Source of the DNA: Psilocybe cubensis
Taxonomy: Eukaryota
Reading direction: 5' to 3'
DNA length: 64,000 nt
Assembly: GCA_017499595.2 (NCBI GenBank)
Contig: CM039008.1
Span: 2,046,001-2,110,000 of the forward strand
Numbering within the stretch: position 1 is the first letter of the stretch; each line of letters opens with the position of its first letter. A program made the translations under genes and the position numbers. Of the stretch, positions 21,222-36,356 are shown in pieces. The notes beneath the pieces were generated by a model, which worked only from the letters and a program-made list of their open reading frames with translations, was not told where the DNA came from and did no database searches.

Positions 21222-23732
21222 ATGCTCAGTGTTGGCCCAAGCTCCAGCTGTGATGTGTGCTTCGAATCTTTCGACACCAACCTGAAAGCACCCACTTCAA
21301 TAACATGCGGGCATGTCTTCTGTAACCAGTGAGTGTGAATCTACATTCATGTCTCTTATCAAGCCGCTCATTCACGTCTGGCGTCTACAGGTGTGTCCTC
21401 CAATTTCGGGCTGCACAAAACAATACGTGTCCCATGTGCCGGACTACCTATGACTTCCGCTACTGCGCGAAACTTCACATAGACGCTGATAGCCTGGCTT
21501 CGGAGCAGCAGAAGGCGGGTTGTCCACCAGAGGATTTGGCACTGGCCGCCAGGCTCCACCGGGCAATTAGCGCCATTGCAGACGAGGGTATCTCTGAACA
21601 AGACCTCCGCCAATTGATCATGGACGCCAAGGCTTTCCTGCATACACAACCCCGTAACCTCGTGAGTTTTCCATTGTTCATTAAAGGGGTGCCTGAATTG
21701 ACACTTTCCACGCAGCATAAAGACCTTAGAATCGCTTATAGAATGATATCATTTCTCTGCGACACCAAGTCGGCGTTCCGCACCCAAACCAAGGAGGTAC
21801 ATGCTTTGAAGAAGGAGGTGAAGCAGCTAGAGGAGTGCCGTGCGGAAATTGAGAAATTGCGGGCTGAAAATGAGAATTTGTCGCAGGAGGTTGCGAACTT
21901 GGAGAGTGAGCAGACGAGACTGCAGAAAGAGCTGGATGAATGTCAGTCTACCCGGACGATGGAACGCGACACCGCAGATGCCGTCGAAGAAAGCCTGAGA
22001 AGGCACATTGAGCGCATTCGCGCCGATGCAGCAGCAGCCAGAGATGCATACCTTGGATTGGTTAGGTGAGTTGATCTTCGTTTCCATTTTGTAACTTAAG
22101 TTTACTTACCAGAATGAACACAGGATGGTTCGTGTCTGCTTTCTTGCCATTCAGACTGAATTTAATCTCATCAACATATACTTACCACAGAGCAACCGCC
22201 TTTCTACGCAATATGAAGAACTCAGAAATCAGCTTTCTCAGAGAACCGTCAACGCTGGTCAATACAGCGAGACATACAAATCGAGCAATTATGTTTATTC
22301 TAACTCCTCGTCTGACCTCGTCAACCCTCTTTTGGACCGAAGAGCACTCCAAGGCGTTGCGATGCAGGATCCCAAAACACCATACCTAATATCTCCTTTG
22401 CCAGAACTCACTACAGCCCTATCTGACGTTCCACTTCCGGAGCTGGACGAGGACAACGAAGAAGATGACGAAGAGGAAGAAGAGGAAGAGGAAGATGGGC
22501 TGTCTACACCCGACAGCGACCACCCGAATGAACGAGAATTCCGTACCCAGTTACCTCCCTCAGCTGAGATGGCGCAGCCACTACGGTCAGCCCTCAGGCC
22601 AAGCTACGAACCTTCGGGGTTGTCGCGGACAGCACCCATTTCGGAATACCAAGGTCGTGCCAGATCGAGTTCCAACCCCATCGAACACGTATCACGGAGC
22701 CATAGCCCCGCCGAAAGTATTGTGAATTCCACACCTCCAACCTCGCCCCCAGAAGATGCGAACAGGACGAGGCAACACCAATTCTCTGATCATCACCTGC
22801 ACCCTACCTACAACTACTATCAAGCCAGCCGAGGCCAGCCCATACCATACAGTCGGAACCAACGCACGGAGAGCGTTACCTCCTCGACGCCATCATCCTC
22901 ATCATCGCCTTCTCATCGTGTGCAAGAGGAGGAACAGCAGCATACTTCACGTTTTCCATCTCCCTCGCTAACGACCACGCCACAGCCGAATGCATACCAG
23001 TCGCGTTCCACTGCTGAGCAGCGTGCAGCTCCCGCGCAGCAGGACAACGTGTCCAGCCTCGCGCGTCTGCAGAGCATTTTGACCGACACGCACAGTTCTA
23101 GTTACAGTACCAGTTCTATCTCGGCGTCCATGCCGGCTCTAAACTCTGGAAGACATTTCCCTCCTTCTTTCAGCATCAGCAAGGGCATTGGTAGCAGCAG
23201 TAGCAGTAGCAGTAGCAGTACTGCGGTTCGTGAGGCTGCGGTTCAGCGTGAACAACGTCCATCGCCACCTTTACGTACGGATTCGTCTGCCTCGACTAGT
23301 TCATACTCGAAGATGTCTAATCAGAACACCTACGCCAAGGCACAATCTTCGACCAGCGACCAATTCAGCCACCTCCTCGCGTCGCATTACCAGTCCTCAT
23401 CGTCATATACACCCATGCCCTCTACCTCTCCAAACACTCAGAAGATGTCCACGGCCAGCGCGCAGGCACAGAAGCTTGAAGCGGAGAGGAGGGCGAGGAG
23501 GATAGCTGAGGAAGAGGAGAGGGCTGAGCGACACAGAGCAGAACAGGAGCCACCACCACCACAAAAACTGTATTCAGCTTCATCAGCTGCTGCTGCCGCT
23601 GCTTCTGCTAGGAAAGAACAGCAACAACAGTACTATTCTTCGTCGTCGTCGAATAATCGAAGTCTGCAGTCGAATGGTCTGCCAGCTTCGAATTCTTACT
23701 CGCGAAGCTATGACCAGGGTATATTCTCATAG
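21222..23732 (+). CDS. RING (C3HC4-type) finger protein with coiled coil and S/Q-rich tail (paralog 2)
   Basis: CDVC...ITCGHVFCNQ | intron 21329-21390 | CVLQ...TCPMCR...AKLHID, then a heptad-rich exon and a long low-complexity last exon. Confidence 0.85.
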
Positions 23733-25551
23733 CATTTAGCCCACAGACAATCAAATCTCAAACCGTTGTCATTCAATTGTTCATCTTATTTTATTTTATT
23801 TTTCAGTCTTCTTTCTCTCTCTTTCTCTCTGTGGACAATTCAAACACCACCTTTACTTGAATGCTGGTTTGGGCTTGTGTGGCTTTCGTTATTGTGTACC
23901 TTCTTCTGTATGTACTTGTGTTATATGTGTCTTGTACTACATTGTTGTACGAATGCATTACAATCAATCAATCAAACAAAGCATGGAGTTTGGAGCATGA
24001 CTACTAGAAAGTTACACTGTAGCACAAGATTTATCATAGGCTACTCTATATCATCCTGACATATATCAGTCCATGTGGTTTGCGAGCCTTGCGTCTATTT
24101 CTCAAAAGAGCGTCAATTGAATACCAAATCCCCGCATTGTTTCGTAACTCAAGTTGGCCAAAGTCCGTAAATGCAGGAAATAATGCAACCGCTCAGGGTC
24201 GAGCATTTGATTCGGAGAAGTGAATAGAGTTGAATGTCTACTTTATGTTCCATGTCCTCTAAACTTACATTTACTGATACCAGAGTAGGTCATTCCTTAG
24301 ACCAATGGGGATTCCTCTGCAGCGGAACTCGGAGCATTAAAAAGAAACAAACAATTGAATTGCGGGTATTTCTTTGCCATGATTTGCCCATGCCAGGGCA
24401 TTAATATATATTGCATTGAAATAGTGCGTTATCAGAGTCCCATCTTAGGTGGCCGATGATAGAGGTCATTGGTGGTGGTATCGTTATGATGATCAGACTA
24501 TGGCATCATCCCGAATTCATGATTCACTTGTGGCAATTTCTGGGTCCATGGTCAGCTGGTTAAACCTGTCCTGTTCGAACAAGTTCGTCGGCATCCACTG
24601 ACAAAGGGGCACAATAAAAACATCAAATTTCTTTTTGTATTTCACTGAGCTTGAAGTGTAGGTCCCCTGGACGCCTGATGCAGACGAGTTTGGTATTCTC
24701 AAGGCAACGCCATCCATTGGGAAGAATTCTTCTGATGATATTCGCAGATAGTGGCGCATTCAACGGACTACTTACACCCTCATTTTGACTAACGCAAAAT
24801 GGCTTCTTCAGGAAATGACAGCGTATTTCGAGAACAAATGTTTGTTCGTTCGCGAACCTGCCAAATTTACATATGCCAGGCCCCGGGATGCCTTCATTCC
24901 AGGCCATCCACTGGTGGAATCGAGAACTTGGAAGCCAGCAGTGAAAATGGGACGTTCCGAGCTTTGGCTATCTTTACGAAAAATTGGGGCCAGCCACTGG
25001 CACGGAACCATAACTTTCCCGGAGAAGCCATAAAACTGAAAATGTGACATTGAGTGAAGACACGAAGGTATCGAAACCGAGGTTCATCCTTTTTTCCTTC
25101 AGAGAATATATTGGGAAGCGTGTGTACGAGCCGCCGGATTCGGTTGGACAGTTGAACCTGCACCACACAAACAGAACCTTGAAATGACAGTACGATAAGC
25201 CGGATCTTCTGCGTCTATATACCAGTGATCTTGTGCCCAAGCAATCCTTTGTTCTACAGCATTTGTTGCACTTCTATGGCCTTTGATGTCCTTGGTGGGC
25301 TGGGTATGTGTCCTGGAATGGATTCACGTATTCAAAGAATCGGAGTACATACATAGGTATGCTGCGGTTGGTGAATTACAGAAATGGTGTACGTGTTTTC
25401 TACGCTAGCGATTATCGTATATATTAACTGCAGTCAGTCCATGATGAAGTAGCAAAATGGTGGGAATAAAAGGGGCAACATAAATAACGAGATATACGAA
25501 CGAAATGAGAGAAAAGCAACATCAGGGAAAAAATACCGTGATGGAAGGAAT

Positions 25552-26595
25552 CTATGTCTTCGAGGGAGAAGAACCGCATTGATTGAGCCCTGCACCGCAC
25601 ACCTGGGCCAAAAGAACCCAGAACAGGAACTTTCAAAAGGAATCGTAAGCTTAATAGGCGCTGTGGAGTTCGACGCAAGGAGAAAGGGAGGACCCACCAA
25701 GCCCACAAGCACACACAGTGCAAGTATTTTCTTGTTCTTCCACCACATTTGCCGTCGGACGGTTCTAGCACCTCGTCGAAAGGCTGTAGCTTGACCAGCC
25801 ATGACATCCGTCTTGTCAACGAGCAATTCAATCCGCTCGCCTCGACTGAGTATCTGCTCCACGTTCTGCACCATGATGTCTTTCACTTGGTTAAGTTCTG
25901 TATGAGCTCGCGTAAGCTCATCCACAGGTGGATCGGTGTTGTAAGTGTTCATCAGGGAGGCGATTGTGGGACCGAAACTGCCTTGCAAGCCATATGCTGG
26001 GACTTCATCTATAGATGACGATGAGGGTGCAGAGATGAACTGTCAAGAGTGAATACAACGTGAGACTTCCTTACATTTAGAATAGTTGAGAAGATCGGAT
26101 TCTTACCTTCCGTTGGAGATCAGTTAGGAAAGCAAATGGCATTCTCCTAGAAGCAAACACGGATAAGCAAATGCGAGAAGATATTGCGTCAATGCAACTA
26201 CGCACCGTCCAGCGGAGTCATCTGCCATCACAAGATAGGTGTATCCACCTTCCGAGATGTAATGGAACAAGAATTGCTCCCATACCAAGGTCAATTTGCT
26301 GTTCGAACGAGGATTCAAAGCTTGTTTTTATTTTTTGTGTTCCGGTGCAATATTTCCCTACCTATTGTTAGGAGGAATCTTTGATAAGATTGTTTGCGTG
26401 GCTAAGTACACGTCATATTAGCAAAAAGCATGACAGTGCAACCATTGAATGAATGAAATACCCTGAGAGAAATCCCTCTTCCCTGCCTGGTGTTCGGCAA
26501 GGATAGTTTGACCTTTGGCTACCAAAGCATGAATCTATGCCCCAATAAGTCACACCGGTAGATCGTTTTAAACTTGTAGTGCTCACCAGCGACAT
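25552..26595 (-). CDS. Longin-domain R-SNARE (VAMP7/Nyv1-like synaptobrevin)
   Basis: Longin exons (IHALVAKGQTILAEH, FHYISEGGYTYLVMAD), SNARE motif VKDIMVQNVEQILSRGERIELLVDKT, then MWWKN and a C-terminal TM segment. Confidence 0.93.
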
Positions 26596-29367
26596 TTGGC
26601 AGATCTGGGATGGCTTCTGGGAGGAGGTGTTGATATGGAGAAGAGCAAGGCAGCAGTGTTGTTAACCCCACTCTCAAGTTCCCACGCTGTGTCAACCTCC
26701 AGCCGTCGTCACTCCGGCAAGTCACTCCTTGATCTTGGACCATGTCGAACGACCAACAATATCACGAACATGTACGTTCCAACTGTTCTCAATGCGTATG
26801 TATTGAACATCTCTAATCAGATGAAATTTGTTCTATAGAGAACAAGGTCTTTCGTTCATAAGAACACATCTGGTTCCCAATTTCAACATTCTCCCAAATG
26901 GTTCAAATTTTGTTTGACCAACTACAACTAATACCCTCTACCCCTACTACGAGGATGCATCTCAATTCTGCTTGTTAGACCATAAGACCTCGATTTGAGC
27001 AAATTGTAATCCTTTCAATTCGTCGCGCTCCTCTTGGGCACATTACTGAATAACATTCACGCGAAGAGGTTGTATGAACTCAATCATACACCTTACGTCC
27101 ATTGAAGAGGAGGAACACCACTCTCTCAGAAACCGCCCAATCGCCACTGTCATGATTGAATGAAGTTTACAATGTATGTACTGCTCCTTCACCTCACTAT
27201 ATCCATTGGCCATAACTAGACTTTGTGACTGACAGCACAGTTTCCGATAGAGTTATCATTTACACCAGGTGATCATCATAGAGCATGCGACAAACACGCT
27301 ATGCTCGTTTGTTTGTCTGCACCAACTCGTATCGCATTCCGGTGTTTTGTGGGCGCTTGCTATTTCTGCCGTCATCACGCCGATGCTCATCCGAGCCTCG
27401 AGGCAGGGATTTGAGCAACCAAGGAGGTTCAAGCCCCCGACGTCTTCATCCGCGCCCATCGCGTGGAACGAGCCCCAATCGATGCTCCTACGTGGTCTTG
27501 CCTCGGAAAGGGCAAAGATTCGAGAAGGTCCCTATCGAGACTGCGGTCCCAGATCGTGACCACGTCCGTGATTGTCAATTCCAAGACCCCTTCCACTTTC
27601 CTCACGAGTCCCTTATCGCCCGTCATTTAAGGCAGTTGAATTGCGCTATCGCACCAGTGAAAAATGCCGCTGCTTTATGACCACGCGCTAATGCAAACAT
27701 AATCGAACAGCCTTTTTGCGAACGTTTGACTAAAACTGTAGAAAGGTGATCCGACATATTGACAAGTTTTGGCGGCATTCTTCTTCCATGCTCCAAACTG
27801 TCGGCTTCAAAATAAATCCAGAGATCGCCTAAACATATCCCATCGTTCGTTCAATGTTCTATGACTTTCATTAATGAACTGATCATCGCGCTATGACCGA
27901 AGGCCGTTTAAGCTTGATCATACAACATGAAATGAAAAAATTTTCACCACCTTCGGAATAGAAACTATACGACATTACACGACTCTCTGATGTTTTCATG
28001 TTCAATCTGGCACTCAAATCAAATCATCGCGATGTACACACAACCCGCCAGAACGGATCGCACCCTCGTTCAAATCCGTTTCTTCTTTCGTATGTACTTA
28101 AATCTAAATAAAAAGTGTGTCTTTGACGTGTACAGGTAAAAAATACTTCTGTACGACATGGAGCCCAAGCTATATCTACCGTGTTTGAAACTCAAGAGAA
28201 GTTGAATGCCGAATTTACTTATACCGCAGGTGGACACTCGATGCTTGATCGATAACAGATTTTCACAAGTGCCATAATTGATAAAGTCAATTGCACAAAA
28301 AGGTACATAGTTCACCAATGAACACTCATTTCATGATCATCGAAACGAATCAAGGTTCTCGAGCTTTCTTTGAATCGTATGGCGGAATATAGAACGCCGT
28401 TGCACTGGTGACTGCACACGTTGGGTGGCTTTTACAGGCATATCATTCATCTTCCAAGATCTACATCTTTGTTCTCTGGACGTTCGTTCTGGTTCTGGGA
28501 GGTCTCTCTTGTTCCTTTCCTTTCATTTGGATTGTCGTGGCTCGTGGTTTTCTTTAGTCTGGATTGGGTTGATTCGGCTCAATGCTGACATGATCATGAT
28601 GAACGCAGCATGAAAGCTTCTCCTCTTCTGACAGGGAAAACTGGAAAATGTAAGATGGGAATGTTTTGAAGAAAGAGGATTATCCAATAGCACATAACAA
28701 AATAGAAACCAGGTGAAAGACAGCCAACAAACGCGAGAAGCGAAGCAACCAAAGAGTGAAAAAAGGATGAGCTAACAAAGCATGTCATGATGACATATCA
28801 CACCTCGCATCAATGGGAAGAAAAGATAAACTTCAAATGATATACAATATATTATGGTACAAAGAAATAAAGAATAAAAGGAGGCGAAGAAAGAGTAAAT
28901 TGTTCTCACACACTGGAGAGAAGCCATTGGGGGACTGAAAAAAAGACGTGTACAAATGTATGTGTGTGATGTACATCTATGCGACTATGGGTGCAATACA
29001 TGGTGACGAGAGCTAATGATAAGAGAGCTTGAGATGATAAGAGAGAGAAATCGAGAAAACGTTATGAGGTCATACTTAGTACACATGTAAGTCAGTGAAA
29101 AGGATCCTTATCCTCGCCTTATCCTGCCTTCCTTCCGTCCTTGGAATGGTCCCAAACTCTGTTTCCGGAATCCTTCTTTCCAATATAAATACAATGGATC
29201 TTTTTATCATCCATACATCCACCCGATAGCAAGGGAAATTCGGTATTTTGGAGTTGAGAGCGAAACTGCCAACTAAATTCGCAACCTGTTCACCGTAGTC
29301 GAAGTCGTGTCAATGTGATGCAGGACAACGTGACTCAAGCTATTCCACGCGTCATACTCCTAATCCA

Positions 29368-32300
29368 CTAATGCTCGCGGTTCCACGATCGCAGGGATGC
29401 AACGTTTGGACTGGGCGCGCTGAGGGGCGCAGAGCCCGCCGTCAACTGCAGACCAAGTGCATTTCCAAACGACTCAGATTCCACAGTTCCACTAGAAGCA
29501 TCAATCGCAGGTGCAGAACCCCGCCCACTCCTTGATCCACTGCCCCTACTATCCCTGTGACTCCTGTGTCTATTTGTGCGATGTTGTTGCTGGCGATCCA
29601 GCGCGGCGTGGCGACGACCAAGCTCTCCTTCCTCGTCTTCCTCTTGTTCCTCGTCTTCCTCCTCCTCATCATCGTCGTCGTCCGTAGATTCTACAGTCAA
29701 AGGGAACGGCGACTCCTCAGGGAGCGGAAGATGGTGGCCTCGCGTATGTATAGGTGGCGCGCGACTTGCGCCCGAGCTGCGGCTGTAACGGTCACTCGAG
29801 GAAATTGAGCGGCTGTCATCGTGGCGGTAGTAGGACTGCGAACGTGAGTGTGAATGCGAATGCGAGCTCGAATGTCTTCGGTCATCATCATTCCTGGATG
29901 AGTAGGCAGAGGAAGCGGCAGGTGCATGGCTACTACGCTCACGCTCACGCTCACGCTCTCTTTCGCGTTCGCGGGGATACAACAGCTCGCCCCGATGGTC
30001 GCGGTAATGGTCTGCAGATGTCGGCGACCTGTATGTACCCGAAGATGGTCTATCATCACGACGACTGCTGGAAATATTCCATTGGCCTGATGCCGACTGT
30101 TCATGTTGCCGTTGGTGTCTGTAAGAAGACCGATCTCCTGAATCAGTCTGGTATCCAGATGCAGATCCAAAGCCGTTCCTACTCCTTCCACTTCCACTGC
30201 GAATTACACTATCGCTGTTCTGCTGCATGCCCCATCCATACTGCGCACGCGGGTCAACAGCCGTCGGTGACCTATATGCTGCATCGTTCGCAGCAGTGAG
30301 CCTACTGCTGCTGTTCGTATACGACGCGACCGCCGGATCCTCCTCCGGCGGCAACACGCCAACCATCGTGACGATCTCGCGGGGCGGGGACATCTCCAGC
30401 CCCAGACCCGCCGTATCGCCTGCACCCGCACCAGGACCTCCGCTGGGCTCGCTGAACGACGCGCGCGTGCGCACGCTCGCGCCGTCCGAACCCAGTTCGC
30501 CAAATACCGGCGCTTCCTGCCCTCCAAGCATGACAGGCTCGGCCCCAGCCGCGAACGCTCGCAGACCCGAGATGAGACTGCCTGACTCGAGGTTTGAGAG
30601 CGGCGCGGTGCCCCAGGTGTCGCTGCTCAGCACAGTGCGGTGCGTGCGCACTGACACGATGGAGGGGGCACGCTGCTGCGTTTCCGCCTGAGTCACCTGT
30701 AGCTGAGACTGAGGTACAGTTGGGGACAGAAGGAGGACGGGCGACGCTGGACCGGCTGACTCTCGGGATTCCCGTCGTGAGGGGGTTCGCACAGGTGGGT
30801 CGGGAGGTGGTGTCGAGTACATCGACGCTGGCGGTGGTACGATTGTCAGCGGTTGGACCTGACCTACAGGAGGTGCTGGCGACATGGCAGCGGAAGCACT
30901 GGCGCCCGTACCCGTTCGCGAGCGCGGGCGGGATTGGTGATGAGGTGACCGCGAACGCGAGCGATCATGATGCAAAGACGACGTCGATGACGAGATAATA
31001 GACGGCGGGGCCTCTTGCCTATACGGACGCGTCGTCTCTGACCGTCTGCTGTACTCCAAATCCGAAGATTGGTGATGGCGATGCTGGTACATAGAATTCG
31101 CCGAGCCGTGTCTACTCGACTCGTAAGCAGCTGTAGGCTGCACTGATGAATGTCGGCTCGGACCAGCCTCAGCCGGAAGAGCAGTATAGCTTCTACCTGG
31201 GTATTCTTGCGGTGAGGCCGCTGTTGATGTCCTACTACGAGCGGCCACTTGCTGTCCGTTGACGAAGCCGGCTGAAAACTCTTTGAGGTACATGCCCATC
31301 AGCGAGAACTGATCCAAAGGCTGGGCAGTGTTATCCAGCCGCGATTGCAGGGTCGACGCTCTCGATGATGATAGGTATGCGGGCACATATGATGAAGACC
31401 CATTTTGAGGATTATGTACAGTCTGTTGCTGTTGCTGTTGCTGTTGTATTGAAGGCGAAGACCGGTAACTGGCCTCATCGTAATGCTTCGATCTTGACTT
31501 GCCTTTTCTATGGCTCTTGCTGTCCATTTCATATGGGTATCTATGTGGAGAAGCGATTGGCTCGGGGTATCGGCGCGGTGATGAAGGGAGCTCGATGACT
31601 CGCATGCCCATGCCAGATTCAGAGACGGCCTGCTCGAAAGTGGGAACCTGGTCGGTGGGAATGGGCTCAGGAGGTCGAGGTAATGGATTGTGGGTATATC
31701 GATGGGTTAAAGCTTGTGCACCTTCGAGTTGTACTTTTAATGCAACAACCTGGATGCACACTTGAATTAGCTATGGAAGCATTGGAAAATTTATTGTATA
31801 ACGCACATCTCTGTAGTGAAATACCAATAGTCAGCAAAAGATCATAATTGAAACAGTAGATCAAACGCAAGAAACGAACTTGGTCAGACCGTCTATCATC
31901 GTCTTGTAACCTTCAGTTTGGACAATTGCCAGAGTCCGTTCTTTTATCAGCGTATCGTGCAGTATTTGCATTCGCTCCTGCATATGGGCAACGGTATTTT
32001 GCAATGAAGCCTCTGACTGCTCCAGTTTCTGAGTCTTCGCCAACGCCGCCCGTGCTTTCCTCAGAGCAATGCACTATAAACCACCCAATAGAACACCAAA
32101 CATAAGTGAGCTCATTACCGCCAGTGAAACAACTCCAAGAAGCAAAAGATATCGAAACTCACAGCATCGTCCGCGCGATCGCGGAGCCACACGTCGACTT
32201 CCGTCGTCACCTCCTCCAGCTGCTCCGGCGCCGTCTCCCAAGATATTGCAAGCCTCTGCAGCAGATCGATCTCCTTATGATCGTCGATATTCTCTGGCCT

Positions 32301-32653
32301 GTCGACATGTAACTTCTTCATTTTGTTTGGCTGGTATAACTTGCGACAGAGCGGGCACAGAGGCGGGCTGTTCGCGTATAAACAACTATTCAATTATAAC
32401 ATGAATGAAAATGCAAGGGGTAAACGTTAGCGCTCGTCATGAATATAATTTTGGGGGTACAGGGCGGCGCTTCTGCATAACTAGTACGCGGCAACAATGA
32501 CTCGGATATTGCCATTGTTGTGCCCCAAAACAACACTCACTCGCGACAGAAGATATGGCCACACGCAATGGCGTGAGGTCGTTTGCCAGTCGATTCCCAT
32601 GAGTACTCCGAGAGACAGACATCGCAGCGGCTCGACGAGTGTAGGACGAGCAT
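29368..32653 (-). CDS. RING (C3HC4-type) finger protein with coiled coil and very long S/R/H-rich tail (paralog 3)
   Basis: MLVLHSSSRCDVC...IACGHIFCRD | intron 32540-32386 | CLYANSPPLCPLCR...KKLHVD; terminal exon lies in ORF 29368-31761. Confidence 0.85.
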
Positions 32654-33159
32654 GCAGGCTCCAGTCCAATCCAAAAGATAATATCAGTCCACCAACGTCT
32701 GTGTAGACTCTTGATAACGACTTCCGGGGGTAGTGACGGGGATAGCAACAAGATGGGAACAGCAATTGGATGGATCAAGAAAAGGAGATGGTGCACTTGG
32801 GCGTCTACGATGTGCACTGAAAGGGGGAACACATCAAGCGACCGCCTTTTGCCTCGAGGACAAAGTGCTGTGTTGTGTCATTGTCGACTCGGAAAACAAG
32901 TCACTAGTCACTTTTAGGCCGCGCGCCGGTATAGATGCACTGCCGCAGTTCCTCCGGCGCAATCTAATCCGATATACACTCGGCTCAGAATCAAAGGCGT
33001 GCTATTTTTTCGATGAAACGCGCCCAAACAGCTGAAAGTACAACAATAAACTTGAATGTTTCTACTCCAGAGATATGATTAAGTACTAAATACAGCAGGA
33101 TAGATGGATAGACAGTTAGATAACAAAAAATAAATAAATACTTGCAAAAGCAGGCGCCC

Positions 33160-35662
33160 TCAGACACTCAATTTCGCACCCTTGCTGGTCAAATACTTCA
33201 ACAATGTCTTATCCTCCAGCGTCTTCAAATGAGACGACAACGCCACACATGCGCCCGTGCGTGCATGCAACAAATGTCTTACCAGCTTTCTCGCGGCGAT
33301 AGGTGCAGGCTGTTTACGTTGTGTGCTGACCTCGCTGTCTCCATTGACCACCAACGAAGTATCGGACGAAGAGGACGAAGTCAATCCTTCTTTCTTGATC
33401 CTCTTGATAAATACGTTTACAGCTGGAAGTGGCGGTGTGGTGTATGGTTCGAGAGCCGTTGCGCTGAGCGTGTCCGCGGCTCTAGAGAACGCAAACGCGG
33501 AGACGAGTTTGCAGAAGGTCATTATTCGTTGAAGCCTGAAAGCGAGAAGAACGTCAGTTCTATTACACCAAATGATTTTAAAGCCTGCTTCGAACGATGA
33601 CTGCTGTTCGAAGTGCATAAAACTACTCACTGTCTATAGTTGGCTAAACAAAAAAAAAGCATTCCAATCAATACCAGAACAAAGAAAGCAAGATGAATGA
33701 AAAAGGTACACACCATTAACCAAAAGCTTATGCCACCTAACAAGCACCAGCACACTGCAGTACACCGTACCGACAACGCCCAGCAGACGCTTTAGATATG
33801 CTATCCGTCCATCATCCTGTGTCCAGTCTCCGAGTCCCAACAACGCACTAAGTGTCCCCAACTTATTCTGTTTCCATAGCACACCTAGCGACAGTGCGAT
33901 GTTAGCGCCTATGCCTACACCCCCGCCAATGGCTTTGAACTGCGCCGGAGACTCCTCCTCGCCTTTCGTTGCAAGGCGCTGGGAGAGTTTACCGGTGATA
34001 TAGCCTGGGAAGTGCAACAGAAGCGGCGGGATGAAAAGCACCAGGCGGATAAGAGATAAAGGTAGACTCTTGAGGATGGATAATGTAGGTCGAAGAAGGA
34101 TCCCTTGTAGTGGGAGAGCGTGTGGCGGTGGCACATCGAGCAGGGACGACGAGGATGAAAGTGGAAGTAGCGAGGATAAAATAGAGTGTTTGATACCAGA
34201 GTAGTGTAGTAGAGCATAATATTTTGTGAGAGCTTTCTTCAATTCCCGAACAGATTCAACCTCGGACGGAGGGCAGTCTGGGGGCAGATCGAACATCTTG
34301 ATAAGTCTGATAGAACGCAGGTGTCAATATGAGATATAGGCTACCGAAAGGAAGTCTGAGAACCTTTGCGAAACTTCCACCCATGCATTTAGAGGCACAT
34401 TCCTTTCGTCTTCCCATAAAATGCTCCTTGCCATCGAGACAGCACATAGAGTATCCCTGAAGTCCGAGCATAGGGTCAAAATCGTTACCCATATTTAAGT
34501 AAGTATTTGCATACCAATCAGGCGCGTTGATGGTCATCTCTCTTAGCTGTTTCTCGACCTGACCCATAATCTTCTTTACAACAGCTCTCGACGCCTCGTC
34601 TGGGTCACCTTCAAGCAGCTCGTCGAGGTATGAGTCCATTAAAATTGGTTTGCCGTATCTTTGATTCAAGAATAAGTTCTAGATTATCTGCAGAAATGAA
34701 AGATGGATCGTACCTAACTGCAATCTTCATAAAAATCAATAACTTTCAGTAAACGATTGAAAAGAACAGAAAACTGACTCACCCGACTCTGATACTTGGA
34801 TTTATCAGTGTACACCACCGAAACAGGTACAATCCTCAAACCCGTCTTCACCTCCTCCACCTCCTTCTCCTTGCCTTTCCCCTTTACATCCCCGTCCTCC
34901 TTCCCAAGCCGGATGCCTTTCCCAACTTGAACGTCTGTACCACCCTCTCCACGCTGCATGTACCTTGCAAACTCAACCGCAGCCCACGCAGCGCCCGGCA
35001 TAACCTGCACGATGCTCGCCTGTGTATAACTCGTGCCCTCGGGGAACACACCCACCACGCCGTCCGCCGCTAGCGCCTTCGATGTGTCGCGGAACAGCAC
35101 CGATCTCTGCGCGAGCTCTGCAGCCTTGTCCTGATTCGCAGCACCAGTCGAAGATCCCGCCTCGGAACTAGCCCCAGACGAGCCACTCGCTGCAGATCCG
35201 TTGCCGTTCCCGTTCCCGTTACTGCCGTTGTTGGGATTCCTGCGCACGGGGATGGCTCCTGACGATGAAAGGATCGCACCGCTGACAGGATTCGCAAACA
35301 TCGTCGACTTGGCCCAGAACGCCACCCTCCGTCGATGGGGCATCGTCGCAGCTACACGCAAGCCATTTTTCAGTCCCTTGTGGTATCTGTTACACACGAG
35401 GCAATGAACGTACCCAAAGTCGCAATGTCTATCATCTCATTGTGATGAGTAGCCGCTCTGAAAAGTCGAATGGGTTCTAGTTAGCCTTTGTCTGGGTAAA
35501 CCTCCAGACGACGTCCAAGGAAGCGCCGGTGAGTACGTACATAATAAGCGGTCCATGAGCAGGGATATTCTCCTGTCCTTCCACACATGTCTCCGAATAG
35601 TACCCAGCGACCGTCCAATCCGAGATTTTGCGCAAGACACGATATACGAGCTTGAGTTCCAT
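33160..35662 (-). CDS. Glycerol-3-phosphate/DHAP O-acyltransferase (SCT1/GPT2-like)
   Basis: GQENIPAHGPLI, ATHHNEMID (HxxxxD), GAIPVRR, GVFPEGTS, IVPVSVVY, TINAPDW and C-terminal TM segments. Confidence 0.9.
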
Positions 35663-36356
35663 TCAGTTGTATTAGGTTTGTTTTGTGAGTTGTGTATCCA
35701 GAAAGCAGACAGGTAGTTTAGCGATAGGTTGTGGGAGAGAGCAAAATGCGTCGCAACATATTATTTCCATGTTACCCAGGGCTACGATCCACACCAAACA
35801 TGTTGGGCGCAGATCGAATGCAAAATCACACGACCGTCGTACATGATCGAACATGGTGGTTACACAAAGAGTAATCAATTGTACCCGACCCTTCTTCATC
35901 GACACTGGAATCAGCGCTAAAAAATCGTAAATTAACAATTATTCGCAAACCCTGCAACCTCTCGACTCAGGCCTCTTTAACGCGTGCTTAATGAGAAACT
36001 GGTGAAACAAGAGATTAATTTGAAGTATGATAACCTCCAGGGTCCAACCAGTGATATCAGGCTCTTGGGCAGGTCAACGCACACATCACAAATGATAGCA
36101 AGAGATCGTATACATAAAGAAAAGAATCACACATCTCACACCGAACTCAAGTACCAGAAAGGATAAGTTCGAACGCCAATTTTGGGGTGGACGACCACGG
36201 GTCAGGTTCACATGAATGAACCTGATGCGTGTCGAGCGGCGACAATTGAATTGAACATCATAACACATTTACAAACGATAGGGTTGCGAAATATGATTGT
36301 ATCACCAAAATGTGTAAACGACGAAGGATGACAAAAGTGCAAAGCGACGACAGAAA

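Noticed and set aside
24517-25250. Cluster of overlapping 80-95 aa ORFs
   Set aside because: No consistent splice model or family motif; may be a gene remnant but I cannot support it.
27256-27680. GC-richer patch with a 131-aa ORF
   Set aside because: No recognisable domain or gene structure.
23190-31450. Microsatellites (AGTAGC)n ~23192, (CGCTCA)n ~29935 and (TGTTGC)n ~31425
   Set aside because: They are ordinary coding poly-S, RE and poly-Q tracts within the RING genes.
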